NCBI GenBank assembly: GCA_023247035.1 | Contig: JAHFHG010000003.1 | Span: 15,081-79,080 of the forward strand | DNA from: Candidatus Omnitrophota bacterium | Lineage (GTDB): Bacteria > Omnitrophota > Omnitrophia > Omnitrophales > Aquincolibacteriaceae | DNA: 64,000 bases | Direction: 5' to 3' | In this document: one piece after another, positions 8,316 to 17,285 of the stretch | Numbering within the stretch: position 1 is the first letter of the stretch | Layout: every line of letters starts with the position of its first letter | The notes under the pieces: model-generated | The model's database searches: none | Told to the model about the DNA's origin: nothing | Seen by the model: only the letters and a program-made list of their open reading frames with translations | Position numbers and translations under genes: made by a program

Positions 8316-9135
8316 TATTCTAAATTTCTCGCCGTCTGATTCTATTAACCACATTTCATTTTTAAACGAAGTTACGCCTTATGAAAACGTGATTGAAAAA
8401 ATGGCTCAAAAAATCTATATGCCAGGCATCAACAAGATTAATTCGTTTATGGATTTGAAAGGTGCCAGAATGTGCTCGCAATTGGGTTTGTCATACGATC
8501 GCACAACATTGATCAATGTGCTTCTCGGATTGATGGAGAAAGATGAAATTCCGGAGGTTTGGAAGAAGAAAATTATTGATTTGATTTTTGTGTTCGACAA
8601 ATATGGACGCAAACCGTCGCATAAAGCGGATTTTTCGAAACTTTTCAAATATGAGTTATCGAGCGTTGATTACTATCACGAAAGGGCTGGAGAAATCTTG
8701 CGCAGAAATAGGTCGAAAGAAAAATCGCTCAAAGATTTGATAGCAAACGCCAAAAGCGGAAAGCCTCATTTGAAAGATAAAGCATTGTACCGCTTAATCG
8801 CGATTGATCCGCGTTGGCTTTACGATGACTGGATTCAAGAGCGAGTCGTTGATGCTTGCAATTCGGGAAACCGTTTCTTTCTACAAAGCTTGGGGGATGC
8901 CCTTTCCAAAGCCGCAAAAGCGTTTATCCCTATTCCGAGAAAAGATTCACGGGCTGATACAGTAATCAAATATTTAAAGAGGAAGGGACGATTAAACATC
9001 CTGCCGCGAAAATTAAAACAATTATCAAAAGAAATTGACACTATAGCAGACCTGAACGCCGATATTTCCCCAAATAATCTAGCCAAAATTCTTAAAAGGT
9101 ATAACCTCCGTTCTAGAATCCATCGAGATTTATAG
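8287..9135 (+). CDS. Hypothetical protein (island cargo, AT-rich; likely true start near 8401, MAQKIYMPG)
   Basis: 282-aa ORF, Lys-rich and markedly more AT-rich than flanking DNA. A strong terminator follows. No recognisable domain. Confidence 0.5.
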   Translation: MRCRKKKQNNILNFSPSDSINHISFLNEVTPYENVIEKMAQKIYMPGINKINSFMDLKGARMCSQLGLSYDRTTLINVLLGLMEKDEIPEVWKKKIIDLIFVFDKYGRKPSHKADFSKLFKYELSSVDYYHERAGEILRRNRSKEKSLKDLIANAKSGKPHLKDKALYRLIAIDPRWLYDDWIQERVVDACNSGNRFFLQSLGDALSKAAKAFIPIPRKDSRADTVIKYLKRKGRLNILPRKLKQLSKEIDTIADLNADISPNNLAKILKRYNLRSRIHRDL

Positions 9136-9149
9136 CCTTCCTTAAAAAA

Positions 9150-9184
9150 GGACACAACTTTCGTATTTTTGTGTCCCTTTTTTG
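9150..9184 (+). terminator. Rho-independent terminator
   Basis: GGACACAA-loop(ctttcgtattt)-TTGTGTCC followed by a T-run, immediately after the stop at 9135. Confidence 0.7.
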
Positions 9185-9210
9185 AACTCGTCCTTGTTTA
9201 AAATGCTCCT

Positions 9211-9528
9211 ATGGCGAAACAAGTGATGAGGCGTGATTCTTCCGATCCAAGTATCTGCATTTCAGAAATCCAACTTTTCCCTATAAAACCCCACAAGAGC
9301 CTTGTCGGGTTTGCCTCCTGCGTTCTCAATGGGCAAGTTTATATCGGCGGTATCGCGCTTCATTGCGACCTTGCAAATCAATCCTTCCGCTGTGTCTATC
9401 CCACGAAGAAATTCAGAGACGGCAAAGAAATGCCTATCTATCACCCGATCACCAGGGAGGCAGGCGAAGCTATCCAAAAGGCCATTGTAACGGAATGGGA
9501 AAATTTGATTAAACGGGAATATTTTTAA
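9211..9528 (+). CDS. SpoVG-like protein
   Basis: 105 aa; matches the SpoVG pattern: ISEIQLFPIKPHKSLVGFASCVLNGQVYIGGIALHCD...YPTKKFRDGKEMPIYHPITREAGEAIQKAIVTEW. Compare SpoVG TDVRLRRV...[20 protein letters not shown]...[23 protein letters not shown]. Confidence 0.55.
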   Translation: MAKQVMRRDSSDPSICISEIQLFPIKPHKSLVGFASCVLNGQVYIGGIALHCDLANQSFRCVYPTKKFRDGKEMPIYHPITREAGEAIQKAIVTEWENLIKREYF

Positions 9529-9551
9529 TTTTATTTAAAAAGTGGTGAAGC

Positions 9552-9878
9552 ATGGGAAGTCAAAAGCGAAAAAAAGGCAAGCACCGGGATTTTGTGGCAT
9601 TTTTAAGACCTCTGCTTGATTCGCCGGAATGGCTTGATCTTTCAAATTCGGCAAAGCTTGCCTATCTTTATTTCAAAAAGGCCTACGTCGGCCACAACAA
9701 CGGCGAAATCAAACTCTATTACAGCCAAATGGGCAAGGTCCTTAAATCATCCGCAACTTTCAGCAAAGCGATCAAGGAGCTCGAAAACAAGAACTGGATC
9801 AAAACTGAAAATCAAGGCGGACTTTTCAAAAGGGCGTCCACTTACAGTCTTACTTTTCTTCATGACAGATTCCGGTAA
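9552..9878 (+). CDS. Hypothetical basic protein (possible winged-helix DNA-binding/replication-associated protein of the island)
   Basis: 108-aa ORF with a Lys-rich N-terminus; no firm motif. Confidence 0.35.
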   Translation: MGSQKRKKGKHRDFVAFLRPLLDSPEWLDLSNSAKLAYLYFKKAYVGHNNGEIKLYYSQMGKVLKSSATFSKAIKELENKNWIKTENQGGLFKRASTYSLTFLHDRFR

Positions 9879-10020
9879 GGGGATGGCAAATATTTAGAAT
9901 ATCTTTGCAATTTGAAGCTGAGTTTGTGCGGAAAACCGGCAGACAGGTTCAAAAAATAAAGCTGGAAGTGCGGTCCAGGGATTGATTGGCTTTAATTTTT
10001 GAAGTGGGCAACTTTAAAAA

Positions 10021-10596
10021 ATGAAGGTGCTTCTGATGGAAGAAGACAACGAATTACAACAAAGGCAAACGCTTTCATTGAATGATTTGAATGAAAAGGA
10101 GCGGCAAGCCGTTGAAATGCGGTATTTGGGCAAGACCTCTCAGGAGATTGGAGAGGCAACCGGCTATAACGATGTTTATGTCCGCAATCTATTTATGCAG
10201 GGCGGCCGGCTTGAAAAGGCGTACCGGGACTTCGCGCATATTCAGCAAGGCTTAGCACAGGAAAAGGTGGCTTCCGCCTTAAATCGAGCAAGAGAAGAAG
10301 CCCTAAGCGCCATTGAGCGTATTATCGCTCTTTCAAAAGATGCCAGCAATGAAGCGGCCATTTTCAAGGCAAATGAATTTTTGCTCAGCGTGGCAGGTGT
10401 TAACGCTCAAGTCACCTTGCGGACCTTTCTTCTCAACAAGTCTTATGAGCACGCCTGCAAACTCGTTGATGACACCTTTAAAGACCTCTACGGCAAGACA
10501 ATCCGCGACAGCGCGGGCAAAATGACACTTGTGGAGCTTGCCAAGCAGTTTAGTGATTTAGGAAGGGGCGAAGCAAATCAAATGGATGGAAATTAG
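10021..10596 (+). CDS. HTH DNA-binding protein (sigma-70 region-4 / LuxR-type helix-turn-helix)
   Basis: 191 aa; the N-terminal ERQAVEMRYLGKTSQEIGEATGYNDVYVRN resembles a sigma-70 r4/ECF-type HTH; the rest is helical. Confidence 0.45.
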   Translation: MKVLLMEEDNELQQRQTLSLNDLNEKERQAVEMRYLGKTSQEIGEATGYNDVYVRNLFMQGGRLEKAYRDFAHIQQGLAQEKVASALNRAREEALSAIERIIALSKDASNEAAIFKANEFLLSVAGVNAQVTLRTFLLNKSYEHACKLVDDTFKDLYGKTIRDSAGKMTLVELAKQFSDLGRGEANQMDGN

Positions 10597-10602
10597 CGCG
10601 AA

Positions 10603-10809
10603 GTGGAAAAGTTTTTGACTCCGAAGCAGTTAAGCGAGTTTTTGCAGGTCGACCTTTCGACGGTCTATCTTTGGACTCATACGGAGTTTATCCCGCATTA
10701 CAAGCTTGGCCGCTCGGTTCGGTTTCTCGAAGGTGATGTTTTGGAATGGCTTCGGAAGCGGAAATTCCAAGGACGGATGACTTTAAAGTATGAAGTAAAC
10801 AGACTTTGA
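10603..10809 (+). CDS. Excisionase / AlpA-family HTH DNA-binding protein
   Basis: 68 aa; LTPKQLSEFLQVDLSTVYLWTHTEFIPHYKLGRSVRFLEGDVLEWL is a typical Xis/AlpA (MerR-like) HTH_17 signature. Confidence 0.65.
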   Translation: MEKFLTPKQLSEFLQVDLSTVYLWTHTEFIPHYKLGRSVRFLEGDVLEWLRKRKFQGRMTLKYEVNRL

Positions 10810-10894
10810 AAAGGCAGCAAGATACGCCCGACTTTTCTGCACCTAATTGCATTTTAGTCTTGACTTTTCGGCAGTTTGCTTCAATATAGCCAAC

Positions 10895-12013
10895 ATGAAA
10901 CGAAGCCTCGAAGCACTTATCAAGAAAGACTTGGATAAGAAGATAGTCCTCCTGAGCGGACCCCGCCAGGTGGGGAAAACCACCCTTGCCAAAGCCCTTT
11001 ATCCAAAGACCGCCGAGTATTTTAATATCGACAGCGAAGAACACCGATTGCTGATCAAGAAAACTGCTTGGCGGCGGGACTGCGAGCTAGTGATTTTTGA
11101 CGAACTCCACAAACTGAAGAAATGGAAGAACTGGATCAAGGGGATTTATGATACCGAAGGAGTACGGCCAAGACTTCTTGTAACAGGTTCGGCGAGGATG
11201 GATGCCTATCGAAAAGGAGGCGATTCTCTGGCAGGTCGTTTTTTTTCATACAGACTGCATCCTTGTTCGGTTGCTGAGGTAAAAGATAAATACCAGGCAG
11301 ATGAGGCGTTGGAAAGAATTTTACGGTTCGGCGGTTTCCCGGAGCCATTTCTTAGGGGCAACGAAGCGGCTGCAAAACGTTGGCGGCGTTCCCATGCGGA
11401 CCGTATTTTGCGTGAAGATTTGCGTGATATTGCTTCAATCCGTGATTTGAAGGGGATTGAAACGCTCGTTGAAATGCTTCGCCGTTCGGTGAGCAGCACA
11501 GTTTCCTACGAATCACTGAGTAGAGATTTGCAGACCTCTCCCCACACGGCTAAAAACTGGATACATATGCTTGAAAACCTCTATATCCTTTTTGTGGTAA
11601 CGCCTTATTCTCACAATATTGCCCGGAGTCTGCTCAAGGCACCCAAGGTCTATTTTTATGACACGGGTTTTGTTAAGGATGATCCCGGAGCAAGATTTGA
11701 AAATGCGGTGGCTTGTGCTCTTCTTAAACGGCTGCACTTTTTAGAGGATACGGAGGGAGAAAAATGTTCTCTTCACTATGTTAGGGACAAGGAAAAAAGA
11801 GAAGTTGATTTTCTCACCATCCGGGAAGGGAAACCCGAATTTTTAATTGAAACCAAAGTCGCCAACCCCGATATAGCTCATCTAAAACATTTTTCGAGAT
11901 CATTAGGTAGAGTAAAACCGATTCTCCTCGCCAGAGAACTCAAACGTGAAATTCAGTTGGAAGGCGTTCCAATCAAAAAGGCGAGTCATTGGCTACAAGG
12001 TCTTGAGGCTTGA
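10895..12013 (+). CDS. AAA+ ATPase (AAA_14 / DUF4143 family)
   Basis: Walker A LLSGPRQVGKTTLAKAL near the N-terminus (start taken at MKRSLEAL), Walker B-like LVIFDELH, and the C-terminal DUF4143-like segment REVDFLTIREGKPEFLIETK. Confidence 0.75.
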   Translation: MKRSLEALIKKDLDKKIVLLSGPRQVGKTTLAKALYPKTAEYFNIDSEEHRLLIKKTAWRRDCELVIFDELHKLKKWKNWIKGIYDTEGVRPRLLVTGSARMDAYRKGGDSLAGRFFSYRLHPCSVAEVKDKYQADEALERILRFGGFPEPFLRGNEAAAKRWRRSHADRILREDLRDIASIRDLKGIETLVEMLRRSVSSTVSYESLSRDLQTSPHTAKNWIHMLENLYILFVVTPYSHNIARSLLKAPKVYFYDTGFVKDDPGARFENAVACALLKRLHFLEDTEGEKCSLHYVRDKEKREVDFLTIREGKPEFLIETKVANPDIAHLKHFSRSLGRVKPILLARELKREIQLEGVPIKKASHWLQGLEA

Positions 12014-12176
12014 AAGCCAAGTTATATTTTTGGGACCAAATTGGGACCAAAGAAATTCAAACTCCATCAAACGCAATCGATGCTATCGGAACAGTAGAAA
12101 GCACGAAACGCTTGATAAATCAGGCGACTTCGCGCATCATATTCAAAATGCGGGAGTTGTGAAAATCCGATTTTAA

Positions 12177-12199
12177 GAATCCTCTACTCCCCACCAGTT
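12177..12199 (+). repeat. attR: second copy of the 23-bp tRNA-Tyr 3'-end direct repeat
   Basis: gaatcctctactccccaccagtt, identical to 7630-7652. Confidence 0.8.
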
Positions 12200-12498
12200 C
12201 TGCGAATCCACTTAATCATCGGGCTGCACTCAAGCAGGCAAAAACCAAGACTCACCCAAACACTCACCAATTAAAATAGAATCGGTTAAACAAATCCGTC
12301 CTTTTTTGTTCATGCGTTAATCGCCCCGCTGCCCATGATTTGAATCGGCGCCGGTGAATTTGGAAAAATATTACGATCCGAAGCAAGAGTCCAAATCGAA
12401 GAGCAAGAGGACTTGAGCGCGAATCCGGATTTTCTTTCCGTCGGATACATTCTCTCCGGAGCCGTTCCATTCGGGGCTTGTGAGCCAGTCGCGGCCTT

Positions 12499-12786
12499 GT
12501 GTCCCTGCTGATTATTCCGGCCGTCACCGGAAGCGCGGCCGCCAAGATTGAGGAATTGAATCACAAAGAAAATAGGCTAAAAATCGCGGCCGTTTTTTTG
12601 GAAAATCATCCCGAGCTATTAAGACAAATCCCGAATATTGAGGATATGATTCGGTTTGACGGCCGGCCTCGAATTCTTTTTGTGGATCAGAAGATGCTCG
12701 CCCTTGCCGCTGATTATTTTGTCCGCGCAGAAGTCCGCTTTAAAAAAGTTAAAATGGAAAACGAAAAAGCGCAATTCAAGGCTTAA
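12499..12786 (+). CDS. Hypothetical protein
   Basis: 95-aa ORF in a low-coding-density stretch after attR; no motif recognised. Confidence 0.25.
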   Translation: MSLLIIPAVTGSAAAKIEELNHKENRLKIAAVFLENHPELLRQIPNIEDMIRFDGRPRILFVDQKMLALAADYFVRAEVRFKKVKMENEKAQFKA

Positions 12787-13057
12787 AATTTTGTGCGCTG
12801 TTTTTGAATTTTTCCTTGTGTTTTTTCTTCTTTTTTATAAAGCTTTCAAAACCTCCAGTCGAAGAATCCTATTATTAAAGCTCAAGAATTTGATAAAAAG
12901 ATTTAAGTATTGACATTTTTATTTTCAGATGCTAACTTTCTTTCCGTTATCCCTCTCCTCTTGAAAAGCAACTTTAGAAAAAAGGGGGGTTGACGATACT
13001 TATTCAAGCACTGGCTCCGCCTCATTCACTGTAGCGTTTGCACTTTGAGAGGATAAA

Positions 13058-13531
13058 ATGAAAACAAAAAACAGTTTTGGGTCATTCTCCTTCCCCCCGG
13101 CTCCTTTTGTCTTGACTCTCATTCTTTTATTAATGGCACCGCTTTTTTCCATGGTTTTTGCGGAGGAGCCAGCCAAAGTTACAGATGCCGTCAATGTTTT
13201 TGCCTATAACCCAGATAATCCCGCGGAGATTCATCCTTTATATGCCGGAGACACCCTTCCATTTGATTCGGTTGTTTATCTCGCTGATTCAAAAAGCAGG
13301 GTCACTTTTACTCAGCAAGGTGAAACCGTAGTGCTGGACCAGCCCGGTTTTTATGATACTTCAGGACAGCCGGTGGAAGTTACCGCCGAAGTCCACGCGC
13401 AGGTCGAAAAACTTGTGAATGCCAAGACTGCCGTAGCGGCAGCGGAAAGCCTCATTGAAGATGCGAAAGCCGGCGATTCCCTAGGCTTATATGTAAATGA
13501 ACCGCAAAACGTTTCAAGTCCATCAGAATAA
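13058..13531 (+). CDS. Secreted hypothetical protein
   Basis: 157 aa; N-terminal signal peptide (FVLTLILLLMAPLFSMVFAEE); acidic mature part. Confidence 0.5.
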   Translation: MKTKNSFGSFSFPPAPFVLTLILLLMAPLFSMVFAEEPAKVTDAVNVFAYNPDNPAEIHPLYAGDTLPFDSVVYLADSKSRVTFTQQGETVVLDQPGFYDTSGQPVEVTAEVHAQVEKLVNAKTAVAAAESLIEDAKAGDSLGLYVNEPQNVSSPSE

Positions 13532-13570
13532 TATAGGCTTGCGCATCCAATTAGAAATAGGGAGATACAG

Positions 13571-14806
13571 ATGAAAAAGCTGCTAAGTTTGGGGATGGTA
13601 CTTTTTTTGTCTTTTTGCGGAACGCTTTCGGCCGGGGAAGAGATCAGCGCTGTAACGCGTGACACCGTGGGAGGTAAAAAAAAGTGGTTTGACGGCGGCG
13701 GCATTGGTTTGGGGCCTGAAAAGCTTTGGCGTATCAGCCCGGGCTTCAAATACTCCACCCTGTATGACTCTAACGTAAACCGTGAGCCGCACACTAAGCA
13801 AGATCATGATATCATCATGCAGTTTATTCCCTCCATTGCCTTAAGCCGGATTGGAAGTAAATTCGGCATCCTTTCAGATTATGAGATGAACTATCAATTA
13901 TTTTTGCGGGATTCGGATCAAACCTCCTTCAATCATCGTTTTAATACCAAAGCCTGGTATGAAAGCGAGCGGCTTAAAGTAAAATTGCATGAAAGTTTCG
14001 GGTGGGTTAAAACTTACGCGACCACGGAACAGACTGAGCGAAGAATAGTCATTTTCAATAAAGTAAATCCTGAGGTCTCCTACCGCGTGACCTCTAAAGT
14101 CAGCGTTTCTTCAATCTATGAAAATTCCATTTTCCACTACAAGGACACCGTGCTGGAAGAAAATAGCTACATCCGAAATGATATCGGTGGGCGCGTTTAC
14201 TACCACGTGACAGACAAGACGGATCTTTTTTTGCAGGGATCCTCGATCTTCACAGATTACTATCAGACCGAGTCGGAGAGTTTTGATTCTCATGGCTACG
14301 GGATTTATGTCGGCGTTATCGGTGAAGTGACGGATAAAACCATTGTGAATCTCAAGACCGGTTTTGAAAGCCGTGATTACGACAACGGCACGATTAATTC
14401 TTTTGACAATTGGGTAGGAGAACTCGGGCTGCGCCACAGCCTTACGGCAAAAAGCGATGTCACCCTAATCGCAAAACGGGGGATCGAGGAATCTATTTAT
14501 CGAAATACGGGTTGGTACGGTTTTAATAAGTTCTCCCTTCATTATGACTACCAAGTCACGCATAACATTGCCGCGCAAATCATCGGCGGGTTTCAACATA
14601 ACGGGTACCCGCGCCAAACGTTCGAAGGCCCGATCCGCCGGAAAAGAAAAGATAAAATTATCACGGCAGAAGCCAAACTGAAATGGGAGCCGATTTCAAA
14701 CGTGATTCTCGCGGGCGGGTATACCTACGGAACACGGATTTGTAATTTTGACGAGTTTGATTACATTGAACATGCCATTGAAGCGTCGACCTCATTGAAG
14801 TTTTAA
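13571..14806 (+). CDS. Putative outer-membrane beta-barrel protein of the polysaccharide export module
   Basis: Signal peptide MKKLLSLGMVLFLSFCGTLSAGEE; alternating amphipathic Y/T/S-rich strands; C-terminal ...STSLKF ends in an aromatic residue; immediately upstream of a Wza-like gene. Confidence 0.5.
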   Translation: MKKLLSLGMVLFLSFCGTLSAGEEISAVTRDTVGGKKKWFDGGGIGLGPEKLWRISPGFKYSTLYDSNVNREPHTKQDHDIIMQFIPSIALSRIGSKFGILSDYEMNYQLFLRDSDQTSFNHRFNTKAWYESERLKVKLHESFGWVKTYATTEQTERRIVIFNKVNPEVSYRVTSKVSVSSIYENSIFHYKDTVLEENSYIRNDIGGRVYYHVTDKTDLFLQGSSIFTDYYQTESESFDSHGYGIYVGVIGEVTDKTIVNLKTGFESRDYDNGTINSFDNWVGELGLRHSLTAKSDVTLIAKRGIEESIYRNTGWYGFNKFSLHYDYQVTHNIAAQIIGGFQHNGYPRQTFEGPIRRKRKDKIITAEAKLKWEPISNVILAGGYTYGTRICNFDEFDYIEHAIEASTSLKF

Positions 14807-15402
14807 TGAGGCTATTTTTTTTATCAGGCGCCTTTTTTTTTGGTCTTGCCGGGCAGTGCCCGGTAATTCCGCATTTGTTTGACCCCATAGCTTTCGCAAA
14901 AGTAGAGCAAGGCAGTTCCTTTCAACTTCATGCGGGTGACCGTTTGGCGATCGCCGTCTACCGCGAAGAAGATCTCTCAGGCGTTTATGAGATTGATCCC
15001 GCCGGAGCCTTGAATTTTCCCCTTGTCGGAGAAATGCGCGTTGCCGGTCTTCGTGTCGATGAATTGCTCGGCCGGCTGAATTGGAATCTGCGAAAGTACC
15101 TCGTCAATCCTCAGGTCAGTGTTTCCCGGGCGGAGACCACGATTAAGTCCATTTCAGTTTTAGGGCAGGTCAAAAACCCCGGAGCTTTTGACTATGCCCC
15201 CGGCCTCACTGTGATGAGGGTTATTTCCCAAGCGGGAGGGTTTGACCGAGCGGCGAATAAGCGGAAAATCCGGGTCGTCAGAATTGTGAGCGGAAAAAAA
15301 GAATCATTCATGATCAACGGTTCGGCGATTATTAACGGGGAAGAAGATGATCCGGCGGTTGAGTCCGGCGACATGATTTTTGTCTCCGAAGCGATTTTTT
15401 AG
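14806..15402 (+). CDS. Polysaccharide export protein (Poly_export + SLBB domains; Wza/GumB-like periplasmic component)
   Basis: LHAGDRLAIAVYREEDLSGVYEIDPAGALNFPLVGEMRVAGL is a Poly_export motif. VLGQVKNPGAFDYAPGLTVMRVISQAGGF is an SLBB domain. Confidence 0.75.
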   Translation: MRLFFLSGAFFFGLAGQCPVIPHLFDPIAFAKVEQGSSFQLHAGDRLAIAVYREEDLSGVYEIDPAGALNFPLVGEMRVAGLRVDELLGRLNWNLRKYLVNPQVSVSRAETTIKSISVLGQVKNPGAFDYAPGLTVMRVISQAGGFDRAANKRKIRVVRIVSGKKESFMINGSAIINGEEDDPAVESGDMIFVSEAIF

Positions 15403-17226
15403 ATGATCATTCCAACGAATCCAAATCCAAATTTAAATCCTTATCAGCCTCAGCCCAAAAACGAAGACGTTGACTGGGAAGCAGCGCTGCAGGGCCTTTA
15501 CAGCCGGCGCTGGTTAATCCTCACGGTGACGGTCCTCGCGGGTTGTTTGGCGGCGCTTTTTACAGCGGTCATGCCGGACGTGTATACGGCCCAAACGAGC
15601 ATCCTCGTCGAGCGTTTCAATGATACGCCTCTCCACTACAAAGAAATCCTTTTTCCCACCGGCGAGCAGGGTCCCGGCTATTATGAAACCAAAGTCGCAT
15701 TGCTCAAAAGCCGGCCCATTCTGGAGCAGACCATCAAACAGCTCAATCTTCTGGAGCATTACCGGAAGGCAGACAAGCGGGTTAAGAATACGCAAGACGT
15801 GGTAAAGATACTGAACAAAAGGGTTCGCGCGAATGTCCTGGGCCGGACGCAAATTATTAGAGTTGAAATCAAAGATACCGACCCGCAGATGGCCGCACGG
15901 ATTGCGAATATCATTTCAGAGAATTTTGTGCGCGAGGCTTGGCGTGAACGCTTTTTTATCTCCGATCAGCTTCTGAAATGGTTCCCGGATGAAGCGGGGA
16001 CCCTGCAGAAGAATGCCCCGATCCAGCAATTGCGAAAACTTGAAACCGATGAAGTCATCACGTCTCTTCCCAGCGTCATGCAAGATTCCGTGCTCAACGG
16101 TATTAAGCAGGACCGAATGAAAGTGGATGCGGAAATCCGCGAGCTTTCCAGGCGCTATACGAAAGAACATCCGAAAATGAAAGAGCTGCGCGCCCGAGCG
16201 GATTATCTCAAAAGTGAACTTAAAGGGCAGATCGAAAGAATTGTCGGAGGCCTTAAGGCGGGACTTGCGGGCCAATTCAGCGTGAACAACATTAAGATTG
16301 TCGAAACCGCGACTCCGCCGTCGAAGCCTTCCGGTCCGAAGCGCTTGTTGATGGTCTTGGGTTGCACGTTGGTCGCTTTTGCCTTTAGCGCTTGGCTTGC
16401 CATTTTTCTTGAGTATCTCAACCGCCATATCCGCACGGAAGAGGACGTGAAGCGCCTTGGCGTGTCCTTTTTGGGCTATATGCCGCTGATCACGGATCTT
16501 GATCCAACCCGGAACGCCAAAAGCCTCATGGACATCATGGATTCGGATATAAGGCTTAATGACGACGTGATAAACATACGGACTTCGCTTCTTTTTTCTA
16601 TGCCTGCCGAGCAAGGAAAGCTGCTTTTGTGCACAAGCGCGATTCCAGGTGAGGGGAAATCAACGATCGTTGCGATGCTGGGACTATCCCTGGCGGAGTC
16701 AGGGTCCCGGGTGCTTCTTATCGATGCCGATATGCGCAATCCCACCCTCCACAAAATCTTCAACCTCGACAATGAGGAAGGATTGAGCGGCTGTCTTGCG
16801 GGCGCTGTGAAGGCTCGCGAAGCGGTTCATATCTTGGAGAAAAATACCTTGCTGCATGTGATGCCTGCGGGTCAAAAACCGCCTAATCCCGCGGTCTTAA
16901 TTGGGTCTTCAGCCCTGGGCCAGCTTATCAGTGAGCTGGCCGGCGAGTATGACAAAATTATTTTTGACGTTCCTCCGGCTCTCCACATTGCAGATGCGTT
17001 GATATTGGCGCAAAGAATGCATGGGGCGATTTTGGTTTTTGAGGAGGGTAAAATCCATCAGACCATCGCCAAAAAACTCATTGAAAAAGTAAGCGCAGCG
17101 CACGGCATTTTGATTGGAACCGTAGTGAACCGGGCGAAGTTCCAAAAACTGGATTACCGAGCCTACCATTATTATCATCAGTATCAAAAAAAATATTATC
17201 ACGACACGGTCGGCAAGCCCGACTGA
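15403..17226 (+). CDS. Wzc/GumC-like polysaccharide co-polymerase (Wzz domain) fused to a BY-type tyrosine kinase
   Basis: N-terminal TM plus Wzz-like coiled-coil periplasmic region and a second TM. C-terminal P-loop SAIPGEGKSTIVAMLGLSLAESGSRVLLIDADMRNP, Walker B IIFDVPP, and a C-terminal Tyr cluster YRAYHYYHQYQKKYYHD. Confidence 0.85.
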   Translation: MIIPTNPNPNLNPYQPQPKNEDVDWEAALQGLYSRRWLILTVTVLAGCLAALFTAVMPDVYTAQTSILVERFNDTPLHYKEILFPTGEQGPGYYETKVALLKSRPILEQTIKQLNLLEHYRKADKRVKNTQDVVKILNKRVRANVLGRTQIIRVEIKDTDPQMAARIANIISENFVREAWRERFFISDQLLKWFPDEAGTLQKNAPIQQLRKLETDEVITSLPSVMQDSVLNGIKQDRMKVDAEIRELSRRYTKEHPKMKELRARADYLKSELKGQIERIVGGLKAGLAGQFSVNNIKIVETATPPSKPSGPKRLLMVLGCTLVAFAFSAWLAIFLEYLNRHIRTEEDVKRLGVSFLGYMPLITDLDPTRNAKSLMDIMDSDIRLNDDVINIRTSLLFSMPAEQGKLLLCTSAIPGEGKSTIVAMLGLSLAESGSRVLLIDADMRNPTLHKIFNLDNEEGLSGCLAGAVKAREAVHILEKNTLLHVMPAGQKPPNPAVLIGSSALGQLISELAGEYDKIIFDVPPALHIADALILAQRMHGAILVFEEGKIHQTIAKKLIEKVSAAHGILIGTVVNRAKFQKLDYRAYHYYHQYQKKYYHDTVGKPD

Positions 17227-17285
17227 TCGGCTTCGCTTCTTATCTCCTCTTTGAATGAAATCCGACCTGGATTTCGTAAAACATT

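Larger units (their letters stand above)
7630..12199 (+). mobile_element. Decayed tRNA-Tyr-integrated genomic island / integrative element remnant (about 4.5 kb)
   Basis: Bounded by a 23-bp perfect direct repeat of the tRNA-Tyr 3' end. Contents: tyrosine-recombinase C-terminal fragment next to the tRNA, AT-rich cargo ORFs, SpoVG-like, HTH, excisionase-like and AAA ATPase genes. Confidence 0.7.

Noticed and set aside
12014-12060. Short hairpin ggcttgaaagcc and direct repeat gggaccaaa-ttgggaccaaa after the AAA ATPase gene
   Set aside because: The stem is only 5 bp and the repeat is 9 bp. That is too weak to call a terminator or repeat feature with confidence.
12983-13030. Candidate promoter (TTGACG ...) upstream of 13058
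   Set aside because: No acceptable -10 hexamer at the proper spacing, and no convincing sigma-54 -24/-12 element either. Left unannotated.
13351-13794. 147-aa minus-strand ORF overlapping the secreted protein and outer-membrane protein genes
   Set aside because: It overlaps two + strand genes that have signal peptides and good coding features, and carries no recognisable domain. Probably spurious.
14848-14866. GC-rich hairpin gccgggcagtgcccggt after a T-run near 14806-14840, looked like a terminator
   Set aside because: It lies inside the Wza-like CDS (14806..15402), which starts overlapping the upstream stop; operon continuity argues against termination here.
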